A stretch of DNA of 64,000 bases from Myxococcales bacterium (GCA_047601445.1 JASGJH010000001.1:352001-416000), one strand, 5' to 3'; numbered from the stretch's first letter, positions 28,826-42,312 are shown. Notes: generated by a model not told the origin, from the letters alone. Made by a program: numbers and translations.

Positions 28826-29751
28826 ACGCGCTGGCGGGGCAGATCGATCGCTTCGAGCGATACCTGAGCACCGAGCGGCGCGCGTCGCCGCGCACCGTCA
28901 CCACCTATTTGCGTGACCTTCGCCTGCTCGAGAAGTCCCTCAGCGAGCAGCCCCAAAAGTGCGACGCCAACGTCCTGACCACGCGTGATCTGCGCGCCTT
29001 CCTGGCGTCGTTCCCCGAAGCGCGCGAGCCGGCTACGCTGATCCGCAAGGTGTCGGCCCTGCGTGCCTTCTATCGCTTCTTGCTGCGTCGCAAGCTCGCC
29101 GAGCGCAATCCGGCAGCGGACCTCAAGACGCCCAAGCTCAAGCGCAAGCTGCCCACGTTTCTCGCCGTGGAGAAGGCCAACGAGACCACCGAGATGCCCA
29201 CTGCCGTCGGCACGCGCGCGCAACACCTGCGCGACCGCGCGCTGCTCGAGGTGCTCTATGGCTCGGGCGTGCGCGTCAGCGAGCTGTGCGGTCTCGACCG
29301 CGACGCGGTGGACCTTGCGACCGGCACCGCGCGTGTGCTCGGCAAGGGCAACAAGGAGCGCATCGTGCCGCTCGGGAGTCCGGCCCGCGTGGCCATCGCC
29401 GAGTACCTGAGCGTGCGGCACGAGCTGCACGACGCCAAGACTCACCGACAGGATCCCCAGGCCCTGTTCCTGAGCGCGCGTGGCGCGCGCCTCGGAGTGC
29501 GCCAGGTGCAAAAGCTGGTCAAGCGCTATGGCATGCTGGCCACCGGCACGGCCGCGCTCCATCCGCACGCGCTGCGCCACAGCTGCGCTACGCATCTGCT
29601 CGACGCAGGGGCCGATCTGCGCAGCATTCAAGAGCTGCTCGGCCACGCGAGCCTCTCCACGACCCAGCGCTACACCCACGTGAGCATGGATCAACTGCAG
29701 GCCGTGTATGCCAAGGCGCATCCGCTGGCACGGGCACGCAAGGAAGCCTGA
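28822..29751 (+). CDS. xerC: Tyrosine recombinase XerC
   Basis: RDRALLEVLYGSGVRVSEL, GKGNKERIVP, HPHALRHS, LLGHASLSTTQRY; trmFO-xerC-hslVU synteny. Confidence 0.92.
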   Translation: MNALAGQIDRFERYLSTERRASPRTVTTYLRDLRLLEKSLSEQPQKCDANVLTTRDLRAFLASFPEAREPATLIRKVSALRAFYRFLLRRKLAERNPAADLKTPKLKRKLPTFLAVEKANETTEMPTAVGTRAQHLRDRALLEVLYGSGVRVSELCGLDRDAVDLATGTARVLGKGNKERIVPLGSPARVAIAEYLSVRHELHDAKTHRQDPQALFLSARGARLGVRQVQKLVKRYGMLATGTAALHPHALRHSCATHLLDAGADLRSIQELLGHASLSTTQRYTHVSMDQLQAVYAKAHPLARARKEA

Positions 29752-29873
29752 GCGGTCCTCGCCTCGCTTCGCTGCCGCGAACTGGATCGCATGGGCGGAG
29801 TCGGGCGCTCTCGCCGGAACGCGGGCCGGCGCCCATTGACACGCGGGCGTGCCATTCTTACGAGTGGTAGGTC

Positions 29874-30425
29874 ATGCCCCCAAAACCGGAATTTCGCTCC
29901 ACGACCATCGTCGCCGTCCGCAAAGATGGCCGCGCCGCCATGGCGGGTGACGGACAGGTCTCGCTCGGCCAGACCGTGCTGAAAGACAAGGCCAGGAAGG
30001 TCCGGCGTATCGGCGAGGGCGGCAAGGTGTTGGTGGGCTTCGCGGGCGCCACCGCGGACGCATTCGCCCTGCTCGAGCGCCTGGAGCAGAAGCTCAAGGA
30101 GCACCGCGGGAGTCTGCCGCGCGCCGCCGTCGAGCTGGCCAAGGACTGGCGCACGGACCGTTCATTGCGCCGCCTCGAAGCCATGATGATCGCGATGGAC
30201 GCCAGCCACACCCTGCTCCTGAGCGGCACCGGCGACGTGGTCGAACCCGACGACGGAGTGATCGCCATCGGCTCGGGCGGCATGTACGCGCTAGCAGCGG
30301 CGCGCGCGCTCTTGCGGAACTCGAGCCTCTCGGCGGCGGAGATTGCGCGCGAGTCCATGAAGGTGGCCGGAGAGATCTGCGTGTACACCAACCACGAGCT
30401 GGTGCTGGAGGAGGTGGCCTCGTGA
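29874..30425 (+). CDS. hslV: ATP-dependent protease peptidase subunit HslV
   Basis: [35 protein letters not shown]. Confidence 0.97.
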   Translation: MPPKPEFRSTTIVAVRKDGRAAMAGDGQVSLGQTVLKDKARKVRRIGEGGKVLVGFAGATADAFALLERLEQKLKEHRGSLPRAAVELAKDWRTDRSLRRLEAMMIAMDASHTLLLSGTGDVVEPDDGVIAIGSGGMYALAAARALLRNSSLSAAEIARESMKVAGEICVYTNHELVLEEVAS

Positions 30426-31831
30426 GTGCTTCCCAGTCCTTCACGCCGCGCGAAATCGTGAGTGAGCTCGACCGTTACATCGTGGGGCAAGCCAAAGCCA
30501 AGCGCGCCGTCGCCATCGCGCTGCGCAACCGCTTCCGCCGTCAGCGCGTGCCCGCGGAGCTGCGCGACGAGATCGCTCCCAAGAACATCATCATGATCGG
30601 ACCCACTGGCGTGGGAAAGACCGAGATCGCGCGCAGGCTCGCCAAGCTCGCTCAGGCGCCGTTCGTGAAGGTCGAAGCCACCAAGTTCACCGAGGTGGGC
30701 TACGTGGGACGCGACGTCGAGTCCATGATCCGCGACCTGGTGGAGCAGGCCATCGAGCTGGTGCGCTCCGAACAAGTGGAGACCGTGAAGACGCGGGCGG
30801 TCCAGCTGGCCGAGGAACGCCTGGTCAAGCTGATCGCGCGCCCGACCGCCAAGCCCCCTGAACCTGCCCAACCTGCCCAATCGTTCGGCCCCTTCAACTT
30901 CGCGTGGCCCGCGGGCCAGAAGGACTCGGAGCCCAGCATCCCCGAGTCGGAGCTGAGCGACACGCGCAAGCGCCTGCGCGCCAAGGAGTTCGAGGAGCGC
31001 CTGGTGGAGATCGACGTGGAGGAGCCCACGGGTTCGCCGCTGGTCTCGCTCTTCGGCGGGCCTGGCATGGAAGACATCGAGCGTAAGATGGGCGAGATGT
31101 TGGGTGGCCTGCCGGGCATGAAAGGGCGCTCCAAGCGACGCAGCTTGCGCGTGGCCGATGCGCGGAAGATCCTCGAGCAGCAAGAGGCGGAGCGTCTCAT
31201 CGACATGGACGCCGTGAAGCGCTTGGCCGTGGAGCGCACCGAGCAGAGCGGCATCGTGTTCCTCGATGAAATCGACAAGATTGCCTCTCGCGGCGGCATG
31301 CACGGGCCGGACGTTTCGCGCGAGGGGGTGCAGCGCGACCTGTTGCCGGTGGTCGAGGGCAGCACCGTGAGCACCAAGTACGGGCCGGTCAAAACCGACC
31401 ATATCCTGTTCATCGCCGCGGGGGCTTTCCATGTCTCCGAGGTGAGCGACTTGATCCCGGAGCTGCAGGGGCGCTTCCCGGTGCGTGTGGAGCTCGAGTC
31501 GCTCACGAAAGCGGATTTCGTGCGCATCCTGACCGAGCCCAAGAACGCCCTGACGCGCCAGTACAAGGCCCTGATGGCCACCGAGGGCATCGAGCTGACC
31601 TTCACCGACGGGGCCATCGAGTCCCTCGCCGGCTACGCGGCCGAGGCCAACGAGCGCGCCGAGAACATCGGGGCCCGCCGCCTCCATACCATCCTGGAAG
31701 CACTGCTCGACGACCTGAGCTTCAAGGCCAGCGAGATGACCGAGCGCGAAGTCTTGATCGACGAGCACAAGGTCCAGGCCACCCTGGCGCCCATCCTGGC
31801 CAACGAAGACCTCGCCAAGTACATCCTGTAG
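30422..31831 (+). CDS. hslU: ATP-dependent protease ATPase subunit HslU
   Basis: [41 protein letters not shown]. Confidence 0.97.
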   Translation: MSASQSFTPREIVSELDRYIVGQAKAKRAVAIALRNRFRRQRVPAELRDEIAPKNIIMIGPTGVGKTEIARRLAKLAQAPFVKVEATKFTEVGYVGRDVESMIRDLVEQAIELVRSEQVETVKTRAVQLAEERLVKLIARPTAKPPEPAQPAQSFGPFNFAWPAGQKDSEPSIPESELSDTRKRLRAKEFEERLVEIDVEEPTGSPLVSLFGGPGMEDIERKMGEMLGGLPGMKGRSKRRSLRVADARKILEQQEAERLIDMDAVKRLAVERTEQSGIVFLDEIDKIASRGGMHGPDVSREGVQRDLLPVVEGSTVSTKYGPVKTDHILFIAAGAFHVSEVSDLIPELQGRFPVRVELESLTKADFVRILTEPKNALTRQYKALMATEGIELTFTDGAIESLAGYAAEANERAENIGARRLHTILEALLDDLSFKASEMTEREVLIDEHKVQATLAPILANEDLAKYIL

Positions 31832-31987
31832 GGCAGGGCGGCCGGCGCAGACCAGGACCCCGTCACGGCTCGGCTTTCCCGCCCGCTGACCCCGACCTCG
31901 CGAACGCTGGCCCGGGAGCGCACCGGGTCGAGACACGGGAGGGCTTTATCGGTCGGGACCTCGGTGCTATTCCCTGCGCCCTCGACC

Positions 31988-32857
31988 ATGCAGGACCTGA
32001 TCGCCAAAGCCGCCACGCTCCACGAAGCGCTCCCTTACATCCGTCGCTTCCACGGGCGCACCGTCGTCATCAAGTACGGCGGGCACGCCATGATCGACCC
32101 GGGGCTCCAGCAGAGCTTCGCCCGCGACGTGGTGCTGATGCGCTACGTGGGCATCGACGTGGTGGTGGTGCACGGCGGAGGGCCCCAGATCGACAAGGAG
32201 CTGGCGGCCATGGGCGTGGTCTCGGAGCGCATCGACGGACTGCGCGTGACCGATGAGCGCACCATGGAGGTCGTGGAGATGGTGCTGGGCGGGCGCGTCA
32301 ACCACGGCATCGTGGCGTTGATCAACAACCAGGGTGGTCGCGCCGTGGGGCTCAACGGACACGACGACCGCTGTGTGCGCGCCGACAAAGTGACCCAGAT
32401 GCGCACCAAGAGCGGCAACCTGGTGGATCCCGGGCGTGTGGGCGCTGTGAAGGAAGTGCGCCCGATGGTGATCCGCGGTCTGCTCAAGGAGGGCGTAATC
32501 CCCGTGATCGCGCCGGTGGCGGTGGACGACGACGGGCGCTCGCTCAACGTGAACGCCGACACCGTGGCCGGCGCCGTGGCGCGCGCACTCGACGCCGAGA
32601 AGTTGGTGCTCATGACCGACATCGAGGGCGTCAAGGACGCGGCGGGCGCGCTGATCGCGTCGCTGACGGCCGGCGATATCGAGCGCCTGAAGCGCGAAGG
32701 CGTGATCAGCGGTGGCATGATCCCCAAGGTGGATTGCGCGCTCGACGCGCTGCGCGCGGGCACCTCCAAGGTGCACATCATCGACGGGCGCTTGCGGCAC
32801 GCCGTGTTGCTCGAGGTGTTCACCGACAAGGGTGTCGGCACCGAGATCCGGGCCTGA
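31988..32857 (+). CDS. argB: Acetylglutamate kinase
   Basis: EALPYI..VVIKYGG, VHGGGPQI, GLRVTD, NVNAD, GGMIPK. Confidence 0.96.
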   Translation: MQDLIAKAATLHEALPYIRRFHGRTVVIKYGGHAMIDPGLQQSFARDVVLMRYVGIDVVVVHGGGPQIDKELAAMGVVSERIDGLRVTDERTMEVVEMVLGGRVNHGIVALINNQGGRAVGLNGHDDRCVRADKVTQMRTKSGNLVDPGRVGAVKEVRPMVIRGLLKEGVIPVIAPVAVDDDGRSLNVNADTVAGAVARALDAEKLVLMTDIEGVKDAAGALIASLTAGDIERLKREGVISGGMIPKVDCALDALRAGTSKVHIIDGRLRHAVLLEVFTDKGVGTEIRA

Positions 32858-32900
32858 CCTGGCACTGCCCGCGCGTGACGGGAAATTGGAGCAGATCGTC

Positions 32901-34121
32901 ATGACCAAGACCGACAAGCTGATCGAGACCGCCAAGCAGGTGCAGCTCGGCAACTATCGCCCCGCGCCGCTGGTGCTGGCCGAAGGGCACGGGGTTCGCG
33001 TGCGAGACGTCGACGGCCGAGAATACCTCGACCTGTCCGCGGGCCTGGCGGTGACTTCGGTGGGCCACTCCCACCCCAAGCTCGCGCGCGCCATCGCGGA
33101 GCAAGCCTCCAAGCTCATGCACGTATCGAACCTCTGGTACAACGAGCCGGCCATCCTGTTTGCGGTGGCGCTGACGGCGCGCACGGGCTTCGACCGGGTG
33201 TTCTTCTGCAACAGCGGCACCGAAGCCAACGAGGCGCTGCTCAAGCTGGCCCGTCACTATCAGTTCGGTGCGGGCCATCCCGAGCGCGTGGGCATCGTGA
33301 GCACCATCGCGAGCTTCCACGGGCGCACCATGGGCGCGCTCACTTTGACCGGCCAGCCCAAGTACCACGAGGGCATGGGGCCGATGGTGGGTGGCGTCAC
33401 GCACGTGCCCTACGGCGACCTGGCGGCGATGGAAGCCGCGGTGGGAGCCGACACCGCGGCGGTGATCGTGGAGCCCATCCAGGCCGAGGGCGGCATCTTC
33501 GTGCCGAGCTCTGGCTATCTGGCCGGCCTGCGCGCGCTCTGCGATCGCACGGGAGCGCTGTTGCTGTTCGACGAGGTGCAGACCGGTTGCGGCCGTACCG
33601 GCCCATACCTGGGCGGACAAGCGGACGGGGTCACTCCCGACGCCTGCAGCCTCGCCAAGGGCATCGCGGGGGGCTTCCCGCTGGGGGCCATCCTGCTGCG
33701 GGAGAAGTTCGCAGGTGCGCTGCCGCCGGGGACCCACGCCAGTACCTTCGGCGGCAACGCCTTGGCCTGCGCGGCGGGGCTCGCAGTGCTCGAGATTTTC
33801 GAGCAGGAGAACGTGCTGGCCAACGTGGTCGCGCGCGGCGCCGAGCTCGAGGCGCAAACGCGCGCCATCGTGGCCCGCTTCCCCCAGCTGGCCCTGGAGG
33901 CGCGCGGGCGAGGGCTCTTGCGCGGCATCGTGTTGGCCAAGGTGCTCGATCCGGCCGCGGCCCTCGCGCGCCTGCGCGAGCGTGGCGTGTTGGCGACCCT
34001 GGCTGGCGGAAACGTGCTCCGGATTTGTCCTGCCCTTACCATCAGCGCCGAGGAGCTCGCCGAGGGCATGGCCATCGTGGAAAGTGCCTTCGGAGAACTC
34101 GCGCAGGAGATCGCGGCATGA
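32901..34121 (+). CDS. argD: Acetylornithine aminotransferase
   Basis: NSGTEANE, SFHGRT, EPIQAEGG, FDEVQTG, SLAKG, HASTFGGN. Confidence 0.93.
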   Translation: MTKTDKLIETAKQVQLGNYRPAPLVLAEGHGVRVRDVDGREYLDLSAGLAVTSVGHSHPKLARAIAEQASKLMHVSNLWYNEPAILFAVALTARTGFDRVFFCNSGTEANEALLKLARHYQFGAGHPERVGIVSTIASFHGRTMGALTLTGQPKYHEGMGPMVGGVTHVPYGDLAAMEAAVGADTAAVIVEPIQAEGGIFVPSSGYLAGLRALCDRTGALLLFDEVQTGCGRTGPYLGGQADGVTPDACSLAKGIAGGFPLGAILLREKFAGALPPGTHASTFGGNALACAAGLAVLEIFEQENVLANVVARGAELEAQTRAIVARFPQLALEARGRGLLRGIVLAKVLDPAAALARLRERGVLATLAGGNVLRICPALTISAEELAEGMAIVESAFGELAQEIAA

Positions 34122-35032
34122 CGAACCACTTCTTGACGCTCGATGACCTCGGCACCGAGGGCCTCCTCGCATTGCTCGATCGCAGCGCCGAGTTGAAGCG
34201 TTTGCGTGGCAAGAGCGAGCACCCACGACCGTTGGCGGGCAAGAGCGTCGGCATCCTGTTGGAGAAGAGCTCCACGCGCACCCGCATCTCGTTCGAGGTC
34301 GGCGTGCACGAACTCGGCGGTCTGCCGCTCACCCTCAAGGCCACCGACATTCAGCTCGGGCGCGGCGAGAGCATCGAGGACTCCGCGCGCATGTTCTCGC
34401 GCTTCTTGCACGCCGTGGTGTACCGCACGTTTGGGCACGAGCGCGTGGAGTGCCTGGCCCGCTCCAGCAGCATTCCCGTGATCAACGGCCTCAGCGATCT
34501 ACACCATCCCTGTCAGATCCTGGCCGACCTGCTGACCGTGCGCGAGAACCTCGGCCGCGTGGAGGGCACGCGCGTGGCCTGGATCGGCGACGGCAACAAC
34601 GTGGCGCACTCGTGGATCGAAGCCGCCACACTGCTCGGGTTCGAGCTGATCCTCGCTTGTCCCGAGGGCTACGACCCACATCCCGAGGTGCTCGCCGCGG
34701 CCAAGCGCCGTGGCCGTGGTCGCGTGGAAGTCGTGCGTGACGCCGATTCCGCGTGCCGTGGGGCCGACGTGGTGACGACCGACGTTTGGGTCAGCATGGG
34801 CCAGGAGGGCGAGACCAAGGACCGCAACAAGGTCTTCGAGGGCTACGCCGTGGACGAGCGCCGCATGGAGCTGTCGTCCTCGCACGCTATCTTCCTGCAC
34901 TGTCTGCCTGCCCATCGCGGCGAGGAAGTCACTGCGGCGGTCATCGACGGGCCGCGCTCACGGGTGTGGGACGAAGCCGAAAATCGGCTGCATACACAAA
35001 AAGCGCTGCTCGAACGCCTGATCCAACCCTGA
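34118..35032 (+). CDS. argF: Ornithine carbamoyltransferase
   Basis: SSTRTR, HPCQ, GDGNNV, TDVWVSMG, HCLP; ATGA overlap with argD. Confidence 0.96.
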   Translation: MTNHFLTLDDLGTEGLLALLDRSAELKRLRGKSEHPRPLAGKSVGILLEKSSTRTRISFEVGVHELGGLPLTLKATDIQLGRGESIEDSARMFSRFLHAVVYRTFGHERVECLARSSSIPVINGLSDLHHPCQILADLLTVRENLGRVEGTRVAWIGDGNNVAHSWIEAATLLGFELILACPEGYDPHPEVLAAAKRRGRGRVEVVRDADSACRGADVVTTDVWVSMGQEGETKDRNKVFEGYAVDERRMELSSSHAIFLHCLPAHRGEEVTAAVIDGPRSRVWDEAENRLHTQKALLERLIQP

Positions 35033-35111
35033 CCTGCCGGCTCGCATGCGCACGGCGGGCGTCGCGAGGCTTCGTGCGGCCGGCGCAAACGCGGTATTCT
35101 CCGGTCCAGCC

Positions 35112-36926
35112 ATGAGTGATCCCCTCACACGCGTGCCCGAGCTGGTCCAAGGGCTCGACGTGCGCAAGCTGCCGCTGTCGGCGCTCGAGGGGTTCGTGCT
35201 CTCGCGCATCGATGGCCGCGCGCCTGTGCGTGAAATCGTGGCCGTGACGGGGCTGCCCGCCGAGCAGGTGGTCGCCATGCTGGATCGGCTGTGCAGCCTG
35301 GGGGCGGCACGCTGGAAGGGTGAGGGCTCCATCAGTGGTGCATCGGCCAGGCCGGTGGCGACGCCGCCTGCGCCCGAGCGTCCGGCCGTGCCGCCGGTTC
35401 GCACCGAAGCGACGCGCCCCGCCAGCTCAGCGAGCCCGGCCGCAGCGCGCGACGCCGGCCCCAGCACGCCGCCCACGCGCAAGAAGTCGAGCGGCAACCA
35501 CCCGCCCGTGCGGCGCCCGATGGGTGAATCCGGCGTCAGCCAGCCCCCGCCCGACCTGCGGCGCCCGGCCGTCAGCGCGCCGACCGCGAATTCCCAGGTG
35601 CCGACGACGCCGCCGACAACCAGCAGGGGTGAGGTGTTCGATACTGCCAAGACGGAGCCCGCCATCAAGGCGGTGCCTCCTGGCGACCCGACGCCGACTC
35701 TGTACGACCCGCGCGAACTCGACGAGGAGTGCGAGCTTCCGCGCGAGCGCCGCAAGCAGGTGCTCGACCTCTTCTATCGCCTCAAGGATCTCGACTTCTA
35801 CGAAGCGCTGGAGATCCCCTACGACGCCGACAAGAAGCAAATCCGCAGCGCCTACTTCGCACTCTCCAAGAGCTTTCATCCGGACACGATGTTCCGCAAA
35901 GAGCTCGGCTCCTACAAAGCCAAGATGGAGGCGGTCTTCAGGTATCTCACGGAGGCCTACGACACGCTGAGTAAGAAGAAGGCACGCGACGAGTACGACG
36001 CCTATTTGCAGTCCACCAAGGCCACGCAGATCGCCGAGCGCGCGCTGGTGATGGCGGCGCGCGACCAGGCCGAGGCCGCGCGTGCGGTCCAGGTCGAGGT
36101 CCCACCCCTGCCGCCCATGCCAGGGGGGTTCGGCGGCAGCAGCGAGGTGGAGGTGGCCCCCCCGCGTGAGGCTTCGGACGAAGCCCGTAAGTTGGCCCAG
36201 GAGGTCGTCAGCCGGCGCTTGCGCGGCGTGATGCCCGCGCGCTCCAGCCAGGTTCGCCTGCAGCCCGTGGGGGCCGAGCAGCCGGCTCCTGCTTCACAGC
36301 AGCCCCCCCAGGCTCCTCAGGCCCCCGCCGAGCGCGGCGCCAACCAGCAGCAGCTGCTGCAGCAGCTAGGGCGGGCCCTGAAGGGCGCCAGCGAGGCCAC
36401 GACGGGGCGCCCCGCCGACCGCCTGACCCAGCTACTCGAGGCGTCGCAAGTGGCCCTCGGACAAGGGGAGCTCGAGCAGGCGACCCAGCTCATGCGCCGG
36501 GCCATTTCCCTGGCGCCGGAACGTCCGGACCTGCGCGCGGACTACGAGAAGCTCTCCAAGCAACTCTCCGAGAAGCTGGCCGACGAATACGTGGTGCAGG
36601 CCCAGTTCGAGGCCAAGCACGGCAAGTGGGCCGCGGCTGCCCTCGCGTGGGGCAAAGTGTGCGAGGGCAGGCCCCAGGACTTTGGGGCGCATCGACAGGC
36701 CGCCCTGGCGCTGTTCAAAGTCGGTGGCGACCTACGGAGTGCGCAGAAGTACGCGCAGCAAGCCGTTTTCCTCGCACCGGGAGACGTAGACGCTCGTGTA
36801 CTCCTGGCCCAAATCTATCTGACCTTGGGCCTCAAGCTGAACGCCAAGCGCGAGCTCGACGCTGCGCTGAAGCTGGATCCCGGGAGCGAAATAGTAAAGA
36901 ATCTCCTTTCAGACCTGAAGGGTTAG
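35112..36926 (+). CDS. J-domain protein with N-terminal winged-helix-like domain, Pro-rich linker and C-terminal TPRs
   Basis: DFYEALEI..IRSAYFALSKSFHPD..EAYDTLS; TPR-like C-terminus. Confidence 0.88.
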   Translation: MSDPLTRVPELVQGLDVRKLPLSALEGFVLSRIDGRAPVREIVAVTGLPAEQVVAMLDRLCSLGAARWKGEGSISGASARPVATPPAPERPAVPPVRTEATRPASSASPAAARDAGPSTPPTRKKSSGNHPPVRRPMGESGVSQPPPDLRRPAVSAPTANSQVPTTPPTTSRGEVFDTAKTEPAIKAVPPGDPTPTLYDPRELDEECELPRERRKQVLDLFYRLKDLDFYEALEIPYDADKKQIRSAYFALSKSFHPDTMFRKELGSYKAKMEAVFRYLTEAYDTLSKKKARDEYDAYLQSTKATQIAERALVMAARDQAEAARAVQVEVPPLPPMPGGFGGSSEVEVAPPREASDEARKLAQEVVSRRLRGVMPARSSQVRLQPVGAEQPAPASQQPPQAPQAPAERGANQQQLLQQLGRALKGASEATTGRPADRLTQLLEASQVALGQGELEQATQLMRRAISLAPERPDLRADYEKLSKQLSEKLADEYVVQAQFEAKHGKWAAAALAWGKVCEGRPQDFGAHRQAALALFKVGGDLRSAQKYAQQAVFLAPGDVDARVLLAQIYLTLGLKLNAKRELDAALKLDPGSEIVKNLLSDLKG

Positions 36927-37023
36927 CCGCGGATCCGAGATCGCACTGCGCGATGTTTAGAGCCCGCGGCGTGTGCCAGTCAGTGTTGCTCGCGCGCGGC
37001 TTCGCGTGCTTTCGGGAGCGGGG

Positions 37024-38850
<1,827 letters not shown>

Positions 38851-38854
38851 GCGC

Positions 38855-39655
38855 GTGAAGAAGGGTGACCAAGAACCCAGCGATGGGACACCGCGTGGCG
38901 AATCGCGCGCGGGTGCGGATGGCCGAGGGCCGGACCGCGTGGTCTCCAAGGGCCGTAAGGTCACGCTGACGCTGGAAAGCGTCTCGCTGCACCTGCCTGG
39001 CGAAGAACCGGCGCGCGCTTCGACGCAGGACTCGCTGCCGAGCGTGCCCGCGGTGGGGGTTGCCAGCGATGACCACCTCGACGGCTGGAACGCCGATAGG
39101 ATCCGGCGCTCGAGCTTTCCACCGAGCGCGAGCAAGCAGACGGCAGTGGCCGCCAAGCCGCTCGAGCTCGTCTCCGGGCACGTGTTGGAGGCCAGTGACG
39201 AGGGAGATGCCTTGGCTTTGGCCGGGCGCCGCTCGCGGCCTACGCCCACCCTGGACCTGGTCAGCGAGATGTCCGAGCGTTTTGCCTTGGGGGACTTCAC
39301 GGGCGCGCTACGTGCCGCCGAGCTGGTGCTGGGGCAGGACACCGCGGGACTTCCGCCTGGGGACGCGCGGCTCTCGGCCCAGGACCTGGCGCGCCACTAC
39401 GCCCAGGAAAGCCGCCAGAAACTCGAAGGTCTCTATGTGTCGCGCCTGGACGCCCAGGGCAGGGTGCCCAAATTGGCGGTCCCAGAGAGCGAGATTCGTT
39501 GGCTAGGTCTCGATTCTCGCATGGGTTTTCTCTTGTCACGCATCGACGGAACGAGCGACTACGAGACGATCCTGGAGCTCAGCGGCATGCCGCGCCTGGA
39601 AGCACTGCGCTCGCTGGTAGAACTCGTGGACGCCAAAGTGGTTCGAATTGTGTGA
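38855..39655 (+). CDS. Hypothetical protein with C-terminal winged-helix-like LSRIDG domain
   Basis: In-frame GTG 4 nt after the dnaK stop; C-terminus resembles the N-terminus of the J-domain protein. Confidence 0.72.
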   Translation: MKKGDQEPSDGTPRGESRAGADGRGPDRVVSKGRKVTLTLESVSLHLPGEEPARASTQDSLPSVPAVGVASDDHLDGWNADRIRRSSFPPSASKQTAVAAKPLELVSGHVLEASDEGDALALAGRRSRPTPTLDLVSEMSERFALGDFTGALRAAELVLGQDTAGLPPGDARLSAQDLARHYAQESRQKLEGLYVSRLDAQGRVPKLAVPESEIRWLGLDSRMGFLLSRIDGTSDYETILELSGMPRLEALRSLVELVDAKVVRIV

Positions 39656-39740
39656 CAATGTACCTTGGGGCTGTCCGGCTGCGTTCTGCAGCGGTAACTT
39701 GTGATGGTGCGCCGTCTGGCGCCATGCGAAGCGATCTGGT

Positions 39741-41034
39741 TTGAGCGACTCTCCACACGGTCCAAGTACTCTCTGGTTTGCTGCCGCCGCGTGCGTGGTG
39801 CTCGGCGCATTGTGCGCTGCACTCGACGGAGCGCTCAGGACGCTCGGCGAGGCGCGCATCCGCGGTGCGCGTGAAGAACACGAAGGGCAGCGCGCGCGCG
39901 AGGCGGACCGCTATCTGGTCCAGGGGCGTCGCATCCACACGCGGCTCTTGGCGGGACGCGTGGTGTGCTTGGCGTGTGCTGCGGCCATCGCCGCCATGCT
40001 GGGCGGGCAGTGGGGCGGCATCGCTGGAGGCAGCCTCGCCACCGGCGGCGTTTCGCTGGCCTACAGCCTGCTCGCCGAAGCCGCCACCCGCTTCGCGAGC
40101 CGCCGCGCCACCGGTATCGCGTTGTCGCTGATGTCGGTGCTGCGCCCGATCGAGATTTTGTTCTGGCCCTTCGGTGCCGTGATCGGCCTGGTCGGAACGC
40201 TGGTGGACAAGCTGTTTCCCATGCGACCGGAGGACGACCCGGAGCGCATTACCGAGGCCGACGTCGAGTCAGCTGATCGTGCAAGGGCAACAGAGCGGCG
40301 CCATCAATCAGGATCACGCCGCCATGCTGCGCGCCGTGCTCGACTTCCACGACATGACCTCGCGCGAGATCATGGTGCCGCGCACGCAGATGGTGGCGAT
40401 CGAGATCAGCACGCCCATCGACCAGGTGCTGGAGCTCATCATCGAGAGCGGTCACAGCCGCTATCCGGTGTACCGCGAGCGCGCCGATCAGGTGGTCGGC
40501 GTCCTGTACGCGAAGGACTTGTTCCGGGCCGTGCGCGAGCGTGGACACGACTTCAAGCTCTCCGAGGTGGTGCGCAAGGACGTCTTCTTCGTGGCGGAGA
40601 AGCACAAGATTGGCGCGCTGCTCAAGGAAATGCAGTCACGCCGCGTGCACCTGGCCGTGGTCACCGATGAGTTCGGCGGCACCGCCGGCGTGATCACGCT
40701 CGAGGACATCCTCGAGGAGATCGTGGGCGACATTCAGGACGAACACGATCGCGAGGAGCCCGAGGTCCGCATGCTCGGGGCGGGCCGCTACGAAGCCGAC
40801 GCCAGCGTGTCGTTGCATCACCTAGAGGAAGTGGTCGGCGTGCCCTTGAAGCCTCAGGACAGCGCGTCGGACTCCCTGGGCGGCCTGTTGGTGGAGACGG
40901 CCGGGCGCGTGCCGGCGCCGGGTGAGCGCATCGAGCTGGGTGGGCTCGCGTTCACGGTGCTCGACTCCGATGCTCGCAGGGTTCAGCGCGTGGAAATCGG
41001 GCGGGCGAGCTCGGCCACCGACGCGGCAGAGTAG
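39741..41034 (+). CDS. CNNM/CBS/CorC-HlyC (hemolysin-family) protein, about 430 aa, one extra base near 40270
   Basis: TM N-terminus; REIMVPR, HSRYPVY, GVLYAKD, DEFGGTAGVITLEDILEEIVGDI; two ORFs join when one base is removed. Confidence 0.88.
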
Positions 41035-41077
41035 GGCAGCTCCCGGCCGATCGGGCGCAGAGGTCACGGGGTCTTCG

Positions 41078-41555
41078 ATGTTCGGAGCAGGGCGCGAGAT
41101 GCGCAGCGTGGAAGCGGCGAGTGGCGCATTCCTGCGCGGCGCCCGCTGCGGGCTGGTGATCGGCAAGCGGCTCCCGGCGCTGGAGAACAGTCGCGAAATT
41201 TCCGCGTTGAGCGAGCTCGGCGCGGTTGCGGGAGGCTTCGACGCGGTGTTGTGGCGGCTCGATCGCAACGCACGGACGGCGCTCGGCGAGCTGCGCGTTC
41301 ACCTGCTGCCGGGGGCTCGCTTGTTCTTGCTGGCCGAGCTGGTGCCGAGCGTGTGGGGGGTCACCAGGGAGCTGCTCGGGGGCAAGGAGATCGTGCGCTT
41401 CAGCCGCGAGGTCATTTGTGAAGACGTGCTGGTGTCCGGGCTCTTGAACCCGCGGATCTCGGATCGACACGCCACGACTGTTGGGCATCTCGGCGAGCTT
41501 GCCCGACCCACTCGAGTCGCTCGACGCGGTTTTCGCGCAACCTCCGGTCGGTTAG
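41078..41555 (+). CDS. Hypothetical protein, about 158 aa, probable extra base near 41460
   Basis: After ..NPRI the shifted frame IDTPRLLGISASLPDPLESLDAVFAQPPVG* restores GC-rich third positions. Confidence 0.55.
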
Positions 41556-41588
41556 GCCGATAGCTCCCTCGAAATCGAGGGAGGACTC

Positions 41589-42308
41589 ATGTTTCAGCGC
41601 GGCTGGTTTCTGGTGGAGGCACGGGAGGCGCTCCTGGCCGAGACGATTGCCGAAGTTCTGCAGCGCTACGGGGTGGGAAGGGCGCTGCGCGCCGACCTGG
41701 AGGGCGCTGTCGCTCCGTTGCTGCGCGAACGGGGACGTGTCGCGGGCATCGTGGTGGAGCTAGGAGAGGACGCGGTCGAGCGGGTGCAGGCGCTGGCGTG
41801 CCTCGCGCCAGGGCTCCCGCTCCTGGCGCTCAGCCGGAGCGCGGATTGGCAGCTGGTGAACGCGGTGCAACGGTTGGGCGCGGAGCACGCCATGCTGCCC
41901 CTGCAGCTGCCGAACGTGGTGAGCTTCGCGCAGCGCGCGCTCTGCGCGTCATTCTTGCCGCACGCGGGGGTCGCCAGGACCGTGTCGTCGCTGGCGCGGG
42001 CCCGCAAACTGACGGCGCGTGAAGTGCAGATACTGAGCTACTGCCTGGGAAACGAACCGCGGGCACGCGTGCGCCGTCGCCTGGGCATCGCCGAAAACAC
42101 GCTCAAGACGCAGGTGCGCTCGCTGCTCCGCAAGTGCGACGCGCGCAGCGTGGACGCGCTCGCCAAGAACGTGCTGCGCGCCGCCTTGCTGGAGGGACGT
42201 GCTCAGCGCGAACCGGTGTTTCCCTGGGGGCCGCTGGCGGTGGAGCCACTTCGAGGCTTGCCCGGCGAGCCGACACGCGACGACGATGGCCTGGCCGAGA
42301 GCGCGTAG
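41589..42308 (+). CDS. LuxR-type HTH regulator with degenerate receiver-like N-terminus
   Basis: LTAREVQIL..LGIAENTLKTQVRSLLRK; GGAGG RBS. Confidence 0.82.
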   Translation: MFQRGWFLVEAREALLAETIAEVLQRYGVGRALRADLEGAVAPLLRERGRVAGIVVELGEDAVERVQALACLAPGLPLLALSRSADWQLVNAVQRLGAEHAMLPLQLPNVVSFAQRALCASFLPHAGVARTVSSLARARKLTAREVQILSYCLGNEPRARVRRRLGIAENTLKTQVRSLLRKCDARSVDALAKNVLRAALLEGRAQREPVFPWGPLAVEPLRGLPGEPTRDDDGLAESA

Positions 42309-42312
42309 CGTT

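Noticed and set aside
28822..29751. Tyrosine recombinase as a phage or island integrase
   Set aside because: Size, motifs and the topA-trmFO-xerC-hslVU context indicate chromosomal XerC
29836..29864. TTGACA upstream of hslV as a heat-shock promoter or CIRCE element
   Set aside because: Only a weak -10 (TACGAG) and no CIRCE inverted repeat
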